Shown piece after piece: positions 52,848 through 62,351 of a DNA stretch of 64,000 nt. The stretch is from an uncultured Verrucomicrobiae bacterium (GTDB lineage: Bacteria; Verrucomicrobiota; Verrucomicrobiia; Limisphaerales; JAFGQR01), in NCBI GenBank assembly GCA_963788655.1, contig CAWBHS010000064.1, forward strand, positions 8,982 to 72,981. The letters run 5' to 3'. The translations under genes were made by a program, and so were the position numbers. Below the pieces are notes generated by a model, which was not told the DNA's origin, made no database searches, and saw nothing but the letters and a program-made list of their open reading frames with translations. The stretch's first letter is position 1; every line of letters begins with the position of its first letter.

Positions 52848-53828
52848 GCGCCGTGCCCCGTTTCTGCCAAGCCCCCCGGAAACGGTTGGCCTTTGTTCTC
52901 CCGCAGCCAATACCCCAGCGCCATAATGGCCACGAACGCCACCACGTAACGGCAGGATGCTCATGCCAGTGCTTTCATGCACGTAATTGCCCGCCGCTTT
53001 GCCGAAGGTCTGCGCGGCGAGAATGATCGAGTTCAAACGCACGACGTTGGCCGCCACGGCCACGGGAAACGCCGAGGCAATGATGAGCAGTCGCCGCCAG
53101 GGCGATCGCAAATAGACAAAAGCATAAATGATGGCGATGGCAAAGGTGACCGTCAGGCTGCGCAGACCGCTGCACGCCGCGGCCACGTCATACTGGTAAC
53201 CGCCATTCGGAGCGAAGATACGCGTGCCATCCTGGATGACGTTGATTCCCAACACGACGTGACAGAGAGCCGTGGTAATTTTTACGGCCAGCATCCGCAA
53301 CGGGAAGGAAATCGTCTCGGTTAGCGTTCCCAATGGCACGCAAAAGACAAACAAACAGAAGGGGAAGAAACTGTCCCGCAACCAGCGCCAGCCCCAGATC
53401 ATTCCCGTCAGCGCGTAAATCCCCAGAAAGAAGCCCACGATGGAAATGCGCGTCTGCTGGATCATGTAACCGAAAATGTGAATCAGCAGCGCCACCGCGA
53501 ACAATCCAATGCCCGGTGCCCAGGGCTGCTTGGGCAATGCCAACAATTCCTTGCGTTTCCACCAGAACAACACCAGCACCACCAGGGGAATCAACCGCCC
53601 GTGCGCGTCATCGGACGACATGCTGTAGGCATATTCCATCCAGCCAAACAAGGAATGGGTGTCCGTGTAACCCAAGGTTGAGTTGCCGAAGAACAGGAAC
53701 AAGCCCACCCACGCCGCCAACAACACGAAGAACGCGGTCTTGTTCGGCAAACGACGCCAGCCCTGGGCCAATTCCTCGCGGAACTGGTCCACCGAATCCG
53801 CGGCATGCTGTTGGCGCTGGCTTTCCAT
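52844..53828 (-). CDS. Exosortase (EpsH family); frameshift ~52948
   Basis: Multi-transmembrane; catalytic Cys in VAAACSGLRSL, Arg in ANVVR, His in VHE. Removing one T gives LPYVVAFVAIMALGYWLRE...GHGA* ending at 52844. Confidence 0.88.
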
Positions 53829-53873
53829 TCGTGCTTTAGAGTTGGGAGGGAATCCTCCGCCGGTTCGTTCAAT

Positions 53874-55077
53874 CTAATACTTGCGGTTTTCCGTTGACAA
53901 CGTCCCGCCGTAGGCGCGCCGCAGTTGCTCGACCGACCGTTCCCAGTTCAATTGGGTCGTGAACCGTTCGGTGGCCAGACGCGACATCCGCTCCCGCGCC
54001 GGCAGGTCATCCAGCAGCCCCGCGATACCCTCGGCCAGTTTGTCGGCTGAATTCTCCGCCACATACCGGGCCGCGTCCCCGGCGGAAGCCCGGCCTTCCC
54101 GCAAGTCAAACATCACTTGCGGTTTACCGAAGGCCATGTATTCCAACACTTTATTCATCGTGCAATGGTCGTTGTACGAGTTGATCGGGTCACAGGATAC
54201 GCCAAGGTCCATCGTCTGCAAGGCGCTGAACAGGTATTCGTTCGACACCCGGCCCGGCAAGTCCACCACCGCCTGCAAGCCCAACCGGTCTCGCTGCTCG
54301 AGCAACCGAGCATATTCCGGCCCGGTTCCCATCAACAGGAATTGGATGTCCTGCCGTCCAAGCCGATGCACCAGGTGCGCGGCGGCCTCGATCAGGAAAT
54401 GGACTCCATCAGCGTTCCCCATGACACCGACGTACCCAACCAGAAATTTCCGGTCCTTCCGCAAGGCCGGATTGGCCGGCCACTCCCCGCGGTTGAGCTG
54501 GGGAGCAGTCCGGACGACATAGACAGCATCGGGCGATTTATGGCCGCGCTGAACCGCAATTTGCCGGATGGATTCATTGGTCGCCAGGTACGGTATGGGC
54601 GCACGAATAAGTCAATCGTTCCGCCAACCGCACGATCCAATAAAACAAACCACGCCGGCCAAACTTGGCTTCAAACATCTCGGGCCAGGCATCGTGAACA
54701 TCGTAAATCACTTTGACGCCGAACAGCCATTTGAACGGCCACGCCACCAGGAACAGCAAGTCCGGCGGATTGCACAGGTGAATCAATCGGAACCGGTGCC
54801 GCCGCCAGGCTTTCCAAGCCAATCGGGTTTCTCCCCCAAGGGCGGAAGCGTATTCGCGGAAGAACCCAATGAACCCACCGGCTTCCTCGCTGATCCAATG
54901 CCGGTAAATCTGGATGCCCTCCAGTCGCTCTTCGGGAATTGTGTGCCCGCGCATCTGCGGGCAGATCACCACCACCTCGTAGCCCGCATCCCGCAACGCG
55001 CACGACTCCTGCCAAACCCGTCGGTCCAGGGGGACGGGCAAATTTTCGACCAGAATCAGGATGGCGGGTTTGCTCAT
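53874..55077 (-). CDS. GT4-family glycosyltransferase; frameshift ~54588
   Basis: MSKPAILILVENLPVPLDRRVWQE, IHLCNPPD, YDVHDAWPE; other frame LATNESIRQIA...VGYVGVMGNADG...MNKVLEYMAFGKP. Confidence 0.88.
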
Positions 55078-55134
55078 AGGGTATTCAATTCCCTTGAGGA
55101 ATTGAGCGGCTTGCAACGATGCGGGCGTTCGGTT

Positions 55135-55418
55135 CCCCCTCAACCCGGCCCTCTCCCTCGGGGAGCGGGAGAATTGCCGACCGCGCGTCACCGTGCGCAA
55201 GCCAGCCGCTATTCGCCACCGCCGCCGCGAAGCTGTTCCCTCTCCTGGAGGAGGGGGAACCCGTTCGACGCGGACGGGAGGCAACGAATAGCACTTCGAC
55301 CTTCGATGGCCTTCCGCGCGAAAATCGAATTGGTGGTGACTGCGCTTGGCGCATTCGAACTACGAAGCAGCCCGGCTGGCGGTTCCCTCTCCTTGGGGAG
55401 AGGGTCAGGGTGAGGGGA
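55135..55418. repeat. Cluster of CCCTCTCCC-N-GGGAGAGGG-type palindromic intergenic repeats (three units, outer two inverted)
   Basis: CCCCTCAACCCGGCCCTCTCCCTCGGGGAGCGGGAG (55135-55171); TTCCCTCTCCTGGAGGAGGGGGAA (55236-55259); TTCCCTCTCCTTGGGGAGAGGGTCAGGGTGAGGGGA (55383-55418). Confidence 0.75.
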
Positions 55419-55482
55419 AAGGAACCGGCCGGACATCTCATCGCATTGTGTATCTGCTGACTTAGCACGAACCTCCGCAGCC

Positions 55483-56784
55483 TCACCAACAGAAGCCTTC
55501 GTACTTGCCGGGCAACGTCTGCAATTCCGGCCAGCCATTGACATCGAGCACGTGATGCTGCGGTGTCACAAACCGCTTCAGCTCCTCCATCGTGGCGCAT
55601 TTCTGAGCCGCCACCACCACGCCCTGCTGACCAATCGCTGCCCCGATGTTCGAGTGCAGCAGCGAGGCTAGGTGCGGCATTTTGGTATCGATCAACCGCT
55701 TATTGCTGCCAACCAACGCGGCGAGGTTCAACGCCGGATCATAAATCCGCACGTCATAACCGCGGCCCAACAACGTCTGCGTCACCTCCACCATTGCGCT
55801 TTCCCGCAAATCGTCGGTGTTCGATTTGAACGACAAGCCCAGAATCACCGCCTCCCGCTGGCCGGTCTTGACGATCAGGCTGAGTAGATTCTGCAAATGC
55901 CGTTCATTGCTCGGCAACAAGCTTTCCAGCAGTGGCAACTGCAAGCCCTGCAGCCGCCCGTGTTGGACAATGGCGCGCACGTCCTTCGGCAAGCACGATC
56001 CGCCAAACGGATTGCCCGGCCGCAAGTAATACGGCGAAATGTTCAGCCGCGTGTCCTGGCACAATAATTCCATCACCCGTCGGGCATCGACCTGCATCGG
56101 CTTTGCCGTCCGGCCAATCTCGTTGGCGAAGGCCGTTTTCGTCGCGTGAAAAGCGTTGCAGGCATACTTCACCATCTCGGCCGTCGGCCAATTCACCACC
56201 GCAGCCTGGACCCCAAACAAGGACTCCATTAATTCGGAAGCGGGCTGGGTGGCGTCGCGCGTTCCCACCACCGCCAAAGAAGGTTCGTCAAAATCCGCCA
56301 CCGCCGTGCCTTCCCGCAAGAACTCCGGATAATAGAATACCTGCACGGAACCCGCCGCCACCAAGTCCGTCAGCGATTCCTCGACCAAACTCGTTGTGCT
56401 GCCGGGCAGCATCGTGCTGCGAAACACCACTGCGTGTGGCGCTGCCTTTTTCCGCACCGCTTCGCCGATCTGCCGCGTCACTTCCCGCACGAAACCCAAA
56501 TCCAGCGTGCCGATCACCGTTGAAGGGGTTCCCACACAAACCAACGAAACCTCGGTGGCCACAATGGCTTCATCGCAATTTGGCGTAGCTCGCAACCGTC
56601 CTTTGGCTTTGGCTTGTTGGAGCAACTTATCCAAACCCGGCTCCACAATGGGCGCTTCGCCGCGGTTGAACGACTCGACCTTCTGTGGTTGCACGTCCAC
56701 GCCCACGACTTCATGACCCTGGCGCGTCAAACAGCCCGCCGTCACCGCGCCCACGTAGCCCAAGCCAAAAATGCTGATCTTCAT
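55483..56784 (-). CDS. UDP-glucose/GDP-mannose 6-dehydrogenase family protein
   Basis: MKISIFGLGYVG, VCVGTP, FRSTMLPG, PEFLREGTA, AEMVKYACNAFHA, FGGSCLPKD, GLSFKSNTDDLRES; ATGA overlap with the upstream gene. Confidence 0.93.
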   Translation of the reverse strand: MKISIFGLGYVGAVTAGCLTRQGHEVVGVDVQPQKVESFNRGEAPIVEPGLDKLLQQAKAKGRLRATPNCDEAIVATEVSLVCVGTPSTVIGTLDLGFVREVTRQIGEAVRKKAAPHAVVFRSTMLPGSTTSLVEESLTDLVAAGSVQVFYYPEFLREGTAVADFDEPSLAVVGTRDATQPASELMESLFGVQAAVVNWPTAEMVKYACNAFHATKTAFANEIGRTAKPMQVDARRVMELLCQDTRLNISPYYLRPGNPFGGSCLPKDVRAIVQHGRLQGLQLPLLESLLPSNERHLQNLLSLIVKTGQREAVILGLSFKSNTDDLRESAMVEVTQTLLGRGYDVRIYDPALNLAALVGSNKRLIDTKMPHLASLLHSNIGAAIGQQGVVVAAQKCATMEELKRFVTPQHHVLDVNGWPELQTLPGKYEGFCW

Positions 56785-58760
56785 GAAGCCGCCGAAGCTA
56801 GGAACGTCGTGGCGAAAACGCAAGGTTTCTCCCCCGGCCGCGCGGTCAACTTCAAGAACGGCGCGCGACAAACCTGGCGAAACGCCGGGCTGACAATTCC
56901 TTCAAGACCCTCGGCTTCCCAATTGACCCTACCGCCAACCGTCGGTTCAGTGGCAGTCTCGACCAGTTCCACGTCACTCCATTGTGCGCCGACTTCGATC
57001 CGCTGCGCAACCTCGCCGCGATGGATGGTAATTGTCCGCTCGTCCCGTCTTTTCACCCGGGTTCCCGGCGCAAACTGCCAGCGCACGCTGAAATCCGGGC
57101 GGCGTCCAGGCGCCGGTAAGAATTCGTCCGCCACCCGCCAACCGTCGCCCGACTCGACTCGGGTAAATCGTTCGCCGAATCAAGCCGTCGGGCAGAGCCA
57201 ATTCGGCTCGCAGACCGGCGGGACGGTCCTGGGATGCTTGGATCATTTTCCACGTGGGCCGTTGGTGATGCACCGCCCACAGAAACGGTCCCAGCCGGCG
57301 CGGATATTCGTCGCCGACCGGACTCGGCGCATTATGGGCCGCGCGTGACGCCAGCCAATGGCGCAGCGGCAAGTCGCCGTAATACGCGCCGGTGCCCGGA
57401 TCAATGACCAGTGCCACCCGTTTCTGCCACAACGAAAGATGCAACGCATCCAAGTGTCCGTGCGCGGCGGTTTTTAAATAACCGAGCGGCGACAAATCCC
57501 AACGCAGCCACCAATCGCCGGATTCGCACACCGCGATCCCCGTGTCCGGATACACTAACCAATCGCCGGCCGTCATCGTGTTCAGTGGCTTGCCGCGAGC
57601 CAGCGGCGGCTCGATGCTCGGCGGATCGCCCAGCCAATAAGCTATGGGCTGGCCGGCGCGTTCTCCATGCATCCACGCCTGCCATTCCTGAATGGCCGTG
57701 TGGTCGCTGGCATACACCGGCGTGACGAACGCATTGTCTGAATCACCGTAGTCCCACGGTTCGCAGTTGGCCTGGGTTGCCCAATAGAATCGCGCGGCTT
57801 TTACCAAACGGTCTTCAATTGGCGAGGCCACCTTCCGACCCCCTGCGATTAACGCCATGCGGACCTGCCAGCAAAACTCGAAGGAGAACAATTGGTAATT
57901 CAGCGCCTGTTCCCGGTTGCCGCCATCCGGGGCAAACTGTGCCAGCACTTCCGTTTCCCATCGGCGTTGCAATTCCTCGATCGTCGTCCCCCACTGCACC
58001 AGCGCGGGCCAACGGACGACGGCCAAAATCAATCCGGCCAATTCGCCCAGCAAATGATTGTTGGCCGAAGAACCGAACGATTTGTGTCGCCAGACATACC
58101 ACACGTGCGTCGGCAGAAGTTCATAACGCAAGGTGTCCAACTCAGCTTCAAATCCCCACTGCTCAGCCCTGCCTGCCAGCAGCGCGTCGATCCAGGTGAA
58201 TTGGATCAACCGCATCCCCGCCTCCAGCGCACTGGTCCAGTTCCAGCCGCGGTATGGTGGGTTGTGCTTCACCCAGTCCTCCAGCCAGAGCACACATTTC
58301 TCGCCGGCTCGTTGATCGTCGAGCACATAAGCCGCCTGCGCCAGGCGCAGCAGTTGATGCCAGCGGCTCAATTCCCACACGAGTTTGATGTCCGCCCCCG
58401 CCGGCAAGGCGCGATGGTTCAAGCGGAAACCGGGGGCATCCGTAGCAAGCTCCTGTCCCGCGAGATAATCGCAATGCCACTTCGGCGGGTCGTCCACCTT
58501 GAGTTCCAGATGCCCGAACGCGTGCCAGTGTCCCGCCAAGATGCGGTCCACCTCCTGCGCCAACGACTCGCGCAATACTTCGGGCGCCGCATCCGGCGGA
58601 GACAAGTGCGGAAAAACGTCAACGGATTTCAACGGCACACTGGCCCAATCCCGTTCCCTCCGAGCATCGCTGAATTGAAGAGTTTCTTCCGTAAATGTCC
58701 CGCGACTTCGGCCGGGCTCATTGCCCGCAACCGATGATAATACCAATGAATCCGCGCCAT
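56781..58760 (-). CDS. Heparinase II/III-like (alginate-lyase-type) protein of the EPS cluster; frameshifts ~58680 and ~57165
   Basis: N-terminus MARIHWYYHRLRAMSPAEV; DIKLVWELSRWH, SANNHLLGEL, GDSD, AAHGHLDALH, IDPGTGAY, SRAAHN; C-terminus in ORF 56781..57134. Confidence 0.82.
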
Positions 58761-58890
58761 TAAGGTCGAATGCTCCGCCACGTGCCCAGCCCAATAACCA
58801 AAGCGGTTAGTTGCCGCAAGCCCCAAAACCGCTCGCCCGGAGCTCAGCGGGAGAAAATCCAAAGTCCAAGTTCCGATTTTCCGATTCCTG

Positions 58891-58990
58891 TGGAGTGCGG
58901 CGGGAAGCGAAGCACCACGCCGCTTTGGCTTCGTCTGGAAGCCGCCCGTTCGAAAGCGGTGTCGTCGCTGCGCTCTGCCACCGCACTCCA
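58891..58990. repeat. REP-like long palindromic element
   Basis: TGGAGTGCGGCGG...CCGCTTT pairs with AAAGCGG...CCACCGCACTCCA. Confidence 0.75.
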
Positions 58991-59013
58991 TAGTGGTCGT
59001 CTGACGCGGCGCA

Positions 59014-59068
59014 TTCGGAAATCGGATTTCGGATTTCTTTCGGGTCTCGGATTTCGGCCTTCGGATTT
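59014..59068. repeat. Heptamer tandem repeat (TTCGGAT-like) just downstream of the kinase stop
   Basis: ttcggaa atcggat ttcggat ttct ttcgggt ctcggat ttcggcc ttcggat. Confidence 0.7.
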
Positions 59069-60561
59069 TACACCGGTCCGCTGCCGCTCGCCGACGCCAG
59101 CCCAACCACCGGCGACCTGGCGGCCCGCCAAGCCGCACGCACGAGGAAGAAATCAACAATCAAACTCAGCAACAATCCAAGGGCCATGGTGAATTGCATC
59201 AGTTGCCATTCAGGCAGGCGCGCTTGAGCAATCCCATGCACCAAGGCATTACTCACGGAAAGAAGGCGGCATCCACGACCAACACGGAAAAACAACGCAT
59301 CGGCCAAGGCCAGTGGCAGCCCGATGATCCGCCCTCCGGAATGCCGAATGTCACTGATGCCAATCAAGCCCAGGATAGTCGTCCCAAACGGTGAGGTGAT
59401 CCCGAGTGGCAACAGTGTAAATCCCAGCAGCGTCTGCCACCACGCCGGACCCGGAGGCGATGCACCTGACTCAACCACCCGTACCTCCTGGACGGTAACA
59501 GTGAGAAAGAGGGTGATCAGCCCTATTGCCGCCCACCCCGCGCCCATGATGGCTTTGCGCGAGAATCGCAGGTGCATTACGGAGCCAACGCGGTTCGTTG
59601 ATCCGCCGGTCGCATCCTTGGTAGCGCTGATCGTTTCCACTGCCGTCTTCACCTCGCTGGCCTGCTGATAACGCCGCTCGGGACTTTTCTCCAACGCATG
59701 GAGCACCACTTCATCCAAGCGCACATCCACTTGCACTTTGTGCGACGGGGGCTCGAACCGGCCCAGCGGCAGTTCGCCCGTGAGCATTTCGTAGAAGACC
59801 ACGCCGAGCGAATAGATGTCCGCCCGATGGTCCACCGACTCCGGCCGTTCGAGTTGCTCGGGCGCCATGTACTTGGGCGTGCCCATGACGAAGCCCGGAC
59901 TGGTCAAGGTGACATTGCCCGGCTCGCGGCCGACCAGTTTGGCGAGGCCGAAATCGGCAATCTTCACGCGGCCTTTTTTGTCAAGCAGCAGGTTCTCCGG
60001 CTTGATGTCGCGGTGAACAATCCCTTCCTCGTGCGCGAATTGCAGCGCCTCGCAAATCTTCGGCACAATGGCCAGCGCTTCCTTGGGGGTAATCCAGCCG
60101 CCTTCGAGCATCTGCCGCAAGTTCTGGCCGTCCACGAATTCCATGAGGAAGTAGTAATAACCGCCCGCCTGCCCAAAGTCATAAACCGCCACAATGTTCG
60201 GATGGTTCAGCCGGGCCAGCGAACGGGCTTCGCGAGCGAACCGCTCGGCAAACGCCGGATCGCGGGCCGCCGACGGCAGCATCAATTTCAGCGCCACCCA
60301 CCGGTCGAGTTGTTTTTGCCGGGCTTTATAAACGACTCCCATGCCGCCCTGACCCAGCAACTCGATGATGTCCAATTGCGGAAAATGCGGCGCCAACTCC
60401 GCGGGCGTGGGCGGCACGAAACTGTCCGCGGCCGACTGGCCAACCCCGGATTGCGCTTCAGTCTTCAACCCTTGCTTCAGCAGACACTGCGGGCACAGCC
60501 CTTGCGGGGCGTCCGCCGCCACCGGCTTGCCACATCCCACACAAACTTTTGTCGTGTCCAT
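59068..60561 (-). CDS. Hanks-type Ser/Thr protein kinase with N-terminal Cys cluster and C-terminal membrane domain
   Basis: CVGC...GLCPQC; LGQGGMGVVY, VALK, HRDIKPEN, DFGLAK, GTPKYMAPEQ, DIYSLG; 3-4 C-terminal transmembrane segments. Confidence 0.93.
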   Translation of the reverse strand: MDTTKVCVGCGKPVAADAPQGLCPQCLLKQGLKTEAQSGVGQSAADSFVPPTPAELAPHFPQLDIIELLGQGGMGVVYKARQKQLDRWVALKLMLPSAARDPAFAERFAREARSLARLNHPNIVAVYDFGQAGGYYYFLMEFVDGQNLRQMLEGGWITPKEALAIVPKICEALQFAHEEGIVHRDIKPENLLLDKKGRVKIADFGLAKLVGREPGNVTLTSPGFVMGTPKYMAPEQLERPESVDHRADIYSLGVVFYEMLTGELPLGRFEPPSHKVQVDVRLDEVVLHALEKSPERRYQQASEVKTAVETISATKDATGGSTNRVGSVMHLRFSRKAIMGAGWAAIGLITLFLTVTVQEVRVVESGASPPGPAWWQTLLGFTLLPLGITSPFGTTILGLIGISDIRHSGGRIIGLPLALADALFFRVGRGCRLLSVSNALVHGIAQARLPEWQLMQFTMALGLLLSLIVDFFLVRAAWRAARSPVVGLASASGSGPV

Positions 60562-60631
60562 AATTTTCTCTTTCACCCGGTACAGAAGAAATGCCCAATC
60601 CAAGGTTACGCGAAAACATTTTAGCCAGTTC

Positions 60632-61372
60632 TTAATCCGCCAGGGCCGCAAACAAGTGGCGGATCTCTTCGTCCACGTCAGCCGGTGAGGCAACCGTCTG
60701 GGCGATTTCCGCCCGCAGCAATTCCCGATACCGCTGACGCAACCGATGCACGGCCACCTTGACCGCGCCCTCGGTGAGCCCCAGTTGCGTCGCCAATTGC
60801 GCGTAAGGGGCGGATCGGGCGTCGGTCGTGAGCGTGATCTTCAGCGTGTCGAACTGCGCCCCTTTTCCCGCGGCCACCTGTTCCGCGCGCAACTTCTCCA
60901 ACACTTCGTCCAACAGGGTCAACGCCCAGCGGCGCTCGAACAGTTTTTCCGGCGTCAACTCGTGCGCCGGCTCCAATCCGTAACGGGTTTCCGCCAGGCC
61001 GGTGTCGAGGGGAACATGGTCCACCGCCCCGCCGCGCTTCTGGGCGCGGGCTTTGTCCCATTCGTTGGCCAGAAAGTGCTTGAGCGCGGTGAGCAGGAAC
61101 GAGCGGAACCGACCTTTCTCCGGGCCGACTTCAGCCAGGTAATGCTTCTCTAACAGCCGGACGAAAAAGGCCTGCGTCAAATCCTGCGCATCCGGCGGTG
61201 AATTGCCCAGGCGCCGGACAAACGCATACAGCGGATACCAATAGGTGCGGCAGAGGGTTTCCAACGCGGCCTGTGCCGCCGGCGATTCGCCCGCCTGCGC
61301 CTTCAAGACCACCGTCCATTGCGTCGTGACAAAATGGCTGGGCGGCGGTGCGTTGGTATCGGACTCGGACAT
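60632..61372 (-). CDS. ECF sigma factor of the Ser/Thr-kinase-associated type
   Basis: FVTTQWTVV, YWYPLYAFVRR, DAQDLTQAFF, RFRSFLL, YAQLATQLGLTEGAVKVAVHRLRQRY; directly upstream of the kinase. Confidence 0.9.
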   Translation of the reverse strand: MSESDTNAPPPSHFVTTQWTVVLKAQAGESPAAQAALETLCRTYWYPLYAFVRRLGNSPPDAQDLTQAFFVRLLEKHYLAEVGPEKGRFRSFLLTALKHFLANEWDKARAQKRGGAVDHVPLDTGLAETRYGLEPAHELTPEKLFERRWALTLLDEVLEKLRAEQVAAGKGAQFDTLKITLTTDARSAPYAQLATQLGLTEGAVKVAVHRLRQRYRELLRAEIAQTVASPADVDEEIRHLFAALAD

Positions 61373-61433
61373 GCAACGATAATGGTCAACCCGCCGCCAC
61401 CAATTGCAACCGGAAAGGAAGGAATTTTCCACT

Positions 61434-61550
61434 GTAGGACAGGCGTCTCGCCTGTCCCGGACTTTCAAACAACGTCCAATTCTGCAACGAACCGCCAAGA
61501 ACCAGCGGGCGCGTGTTGGACTTTCGAGACAGCCGGGACGGCTGTCCTAC
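61434..61550. repeat. GTAG-type REP doublet (REPIN-like)
   Basis: GTAGGACAGGCG-TCT-CGCCTGTC (from 61434) and an inverted copy GTAGGACAGCCG-TCC-CGGCTGTC (61550-61528) with a compensatory stem change. Confidence 0.8.
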
Positions 61551-61793
61551 GTAAACGCGCGTTCGCCTGTTCGCTCCACCGGCCCATCCCTTCATCCCTC
61601 CAACTCTTCAACCCTTCACCAATCACTCCCTTCAATCCATTCCCCCGCCTCCGGAGCACCGGTTGAAAAACTTCGTCTAAGAAAACGAGACCCTTGAGTG
61701 TCCTCATCAATGAAGACAATATGCGAGTCGATGACCCGAGCGGCACCAACGAACAGACGGTTCACCTCGATGAAATAAGATGATTTAACCGGG

Positions 61794-62351
61794 ATGGCCG
61801 TGGCGGAACCAGACAAATCCAGCGCGAAAGCCCCGCGATCTGAATCGCTGGAAACGTTGTTCCATGCCCTGGAATCGCCCCTGTTGAGCTACGCTCGGCG
61901 ACTCCTCAACGATTCGGCTGCGGCCGAAGATATCGTGCAAGACGCTTTCATTAAATTACATGCCCAGTTTGACGCGGTCCGCGAACCCCGCCGTTGGCTG
62001 TATCGCACGGTGCATAACCTGGCGCTCAACCACCAGCGGCGCGCCGGCAAGATCGTGCCCCTCCACCCGGAGACGGAATCCGGCGAGCCCGCGGCCGCCG
62101 ATCCCGCCGACCCCCAGCCGTTGCCCGACGAACAAATCGCCCGCTGGGAAGGCATCGGCCAGGTGCGCCTGAGCCTCGAAGCGCTGGATGCCCGCAGCCG
62201 CGAATTGGTCCGGCTGAAGTTCAATGATGACTTGTCCTACAAGCAAATCAGCGAACGCACCGGCCTGAAAGTCGGCCACGTCGGCTACCTGTTGCACCAT
62301 GCGCTCAAAGCCATTGCCGCGGAACTGGCCAAAACCGGAGTAGTGCCATGA
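61794..62351 (+). CDS. ECF RNA polymerase sigma-70 factor
   Basis: AAEDIVQDAF, WLYRTVHNLALN, LSYKQISERTGLKVGHVGYLLH; ATGA overlap with the next gene. Confidence 0.9.
   Translation: MAVAEPDKSSAKAPRSESLETLFHALESPLLSYARRLLNDSAAAEDIVQDAFIKLHAQFDAVREPRRWLYRTVHNLALNHQRRAGKIVPLHPETESGEPAAADPADPQPLPDEQIARWEGIGQVRLSLEALDARSRELVRLKFNDDLSYKQISERTGLKVGHVGYLLHHALKAIAAELAKTGVVP

Noticed and set aside
52092..53828. Apparent 578-aa exosortase-EpsI fusion
   Set aside because: One extra T near 52948 explains it. The corrected frame gives a proper last transmembrane helix and a TGA overlapping the EpsI ATG.
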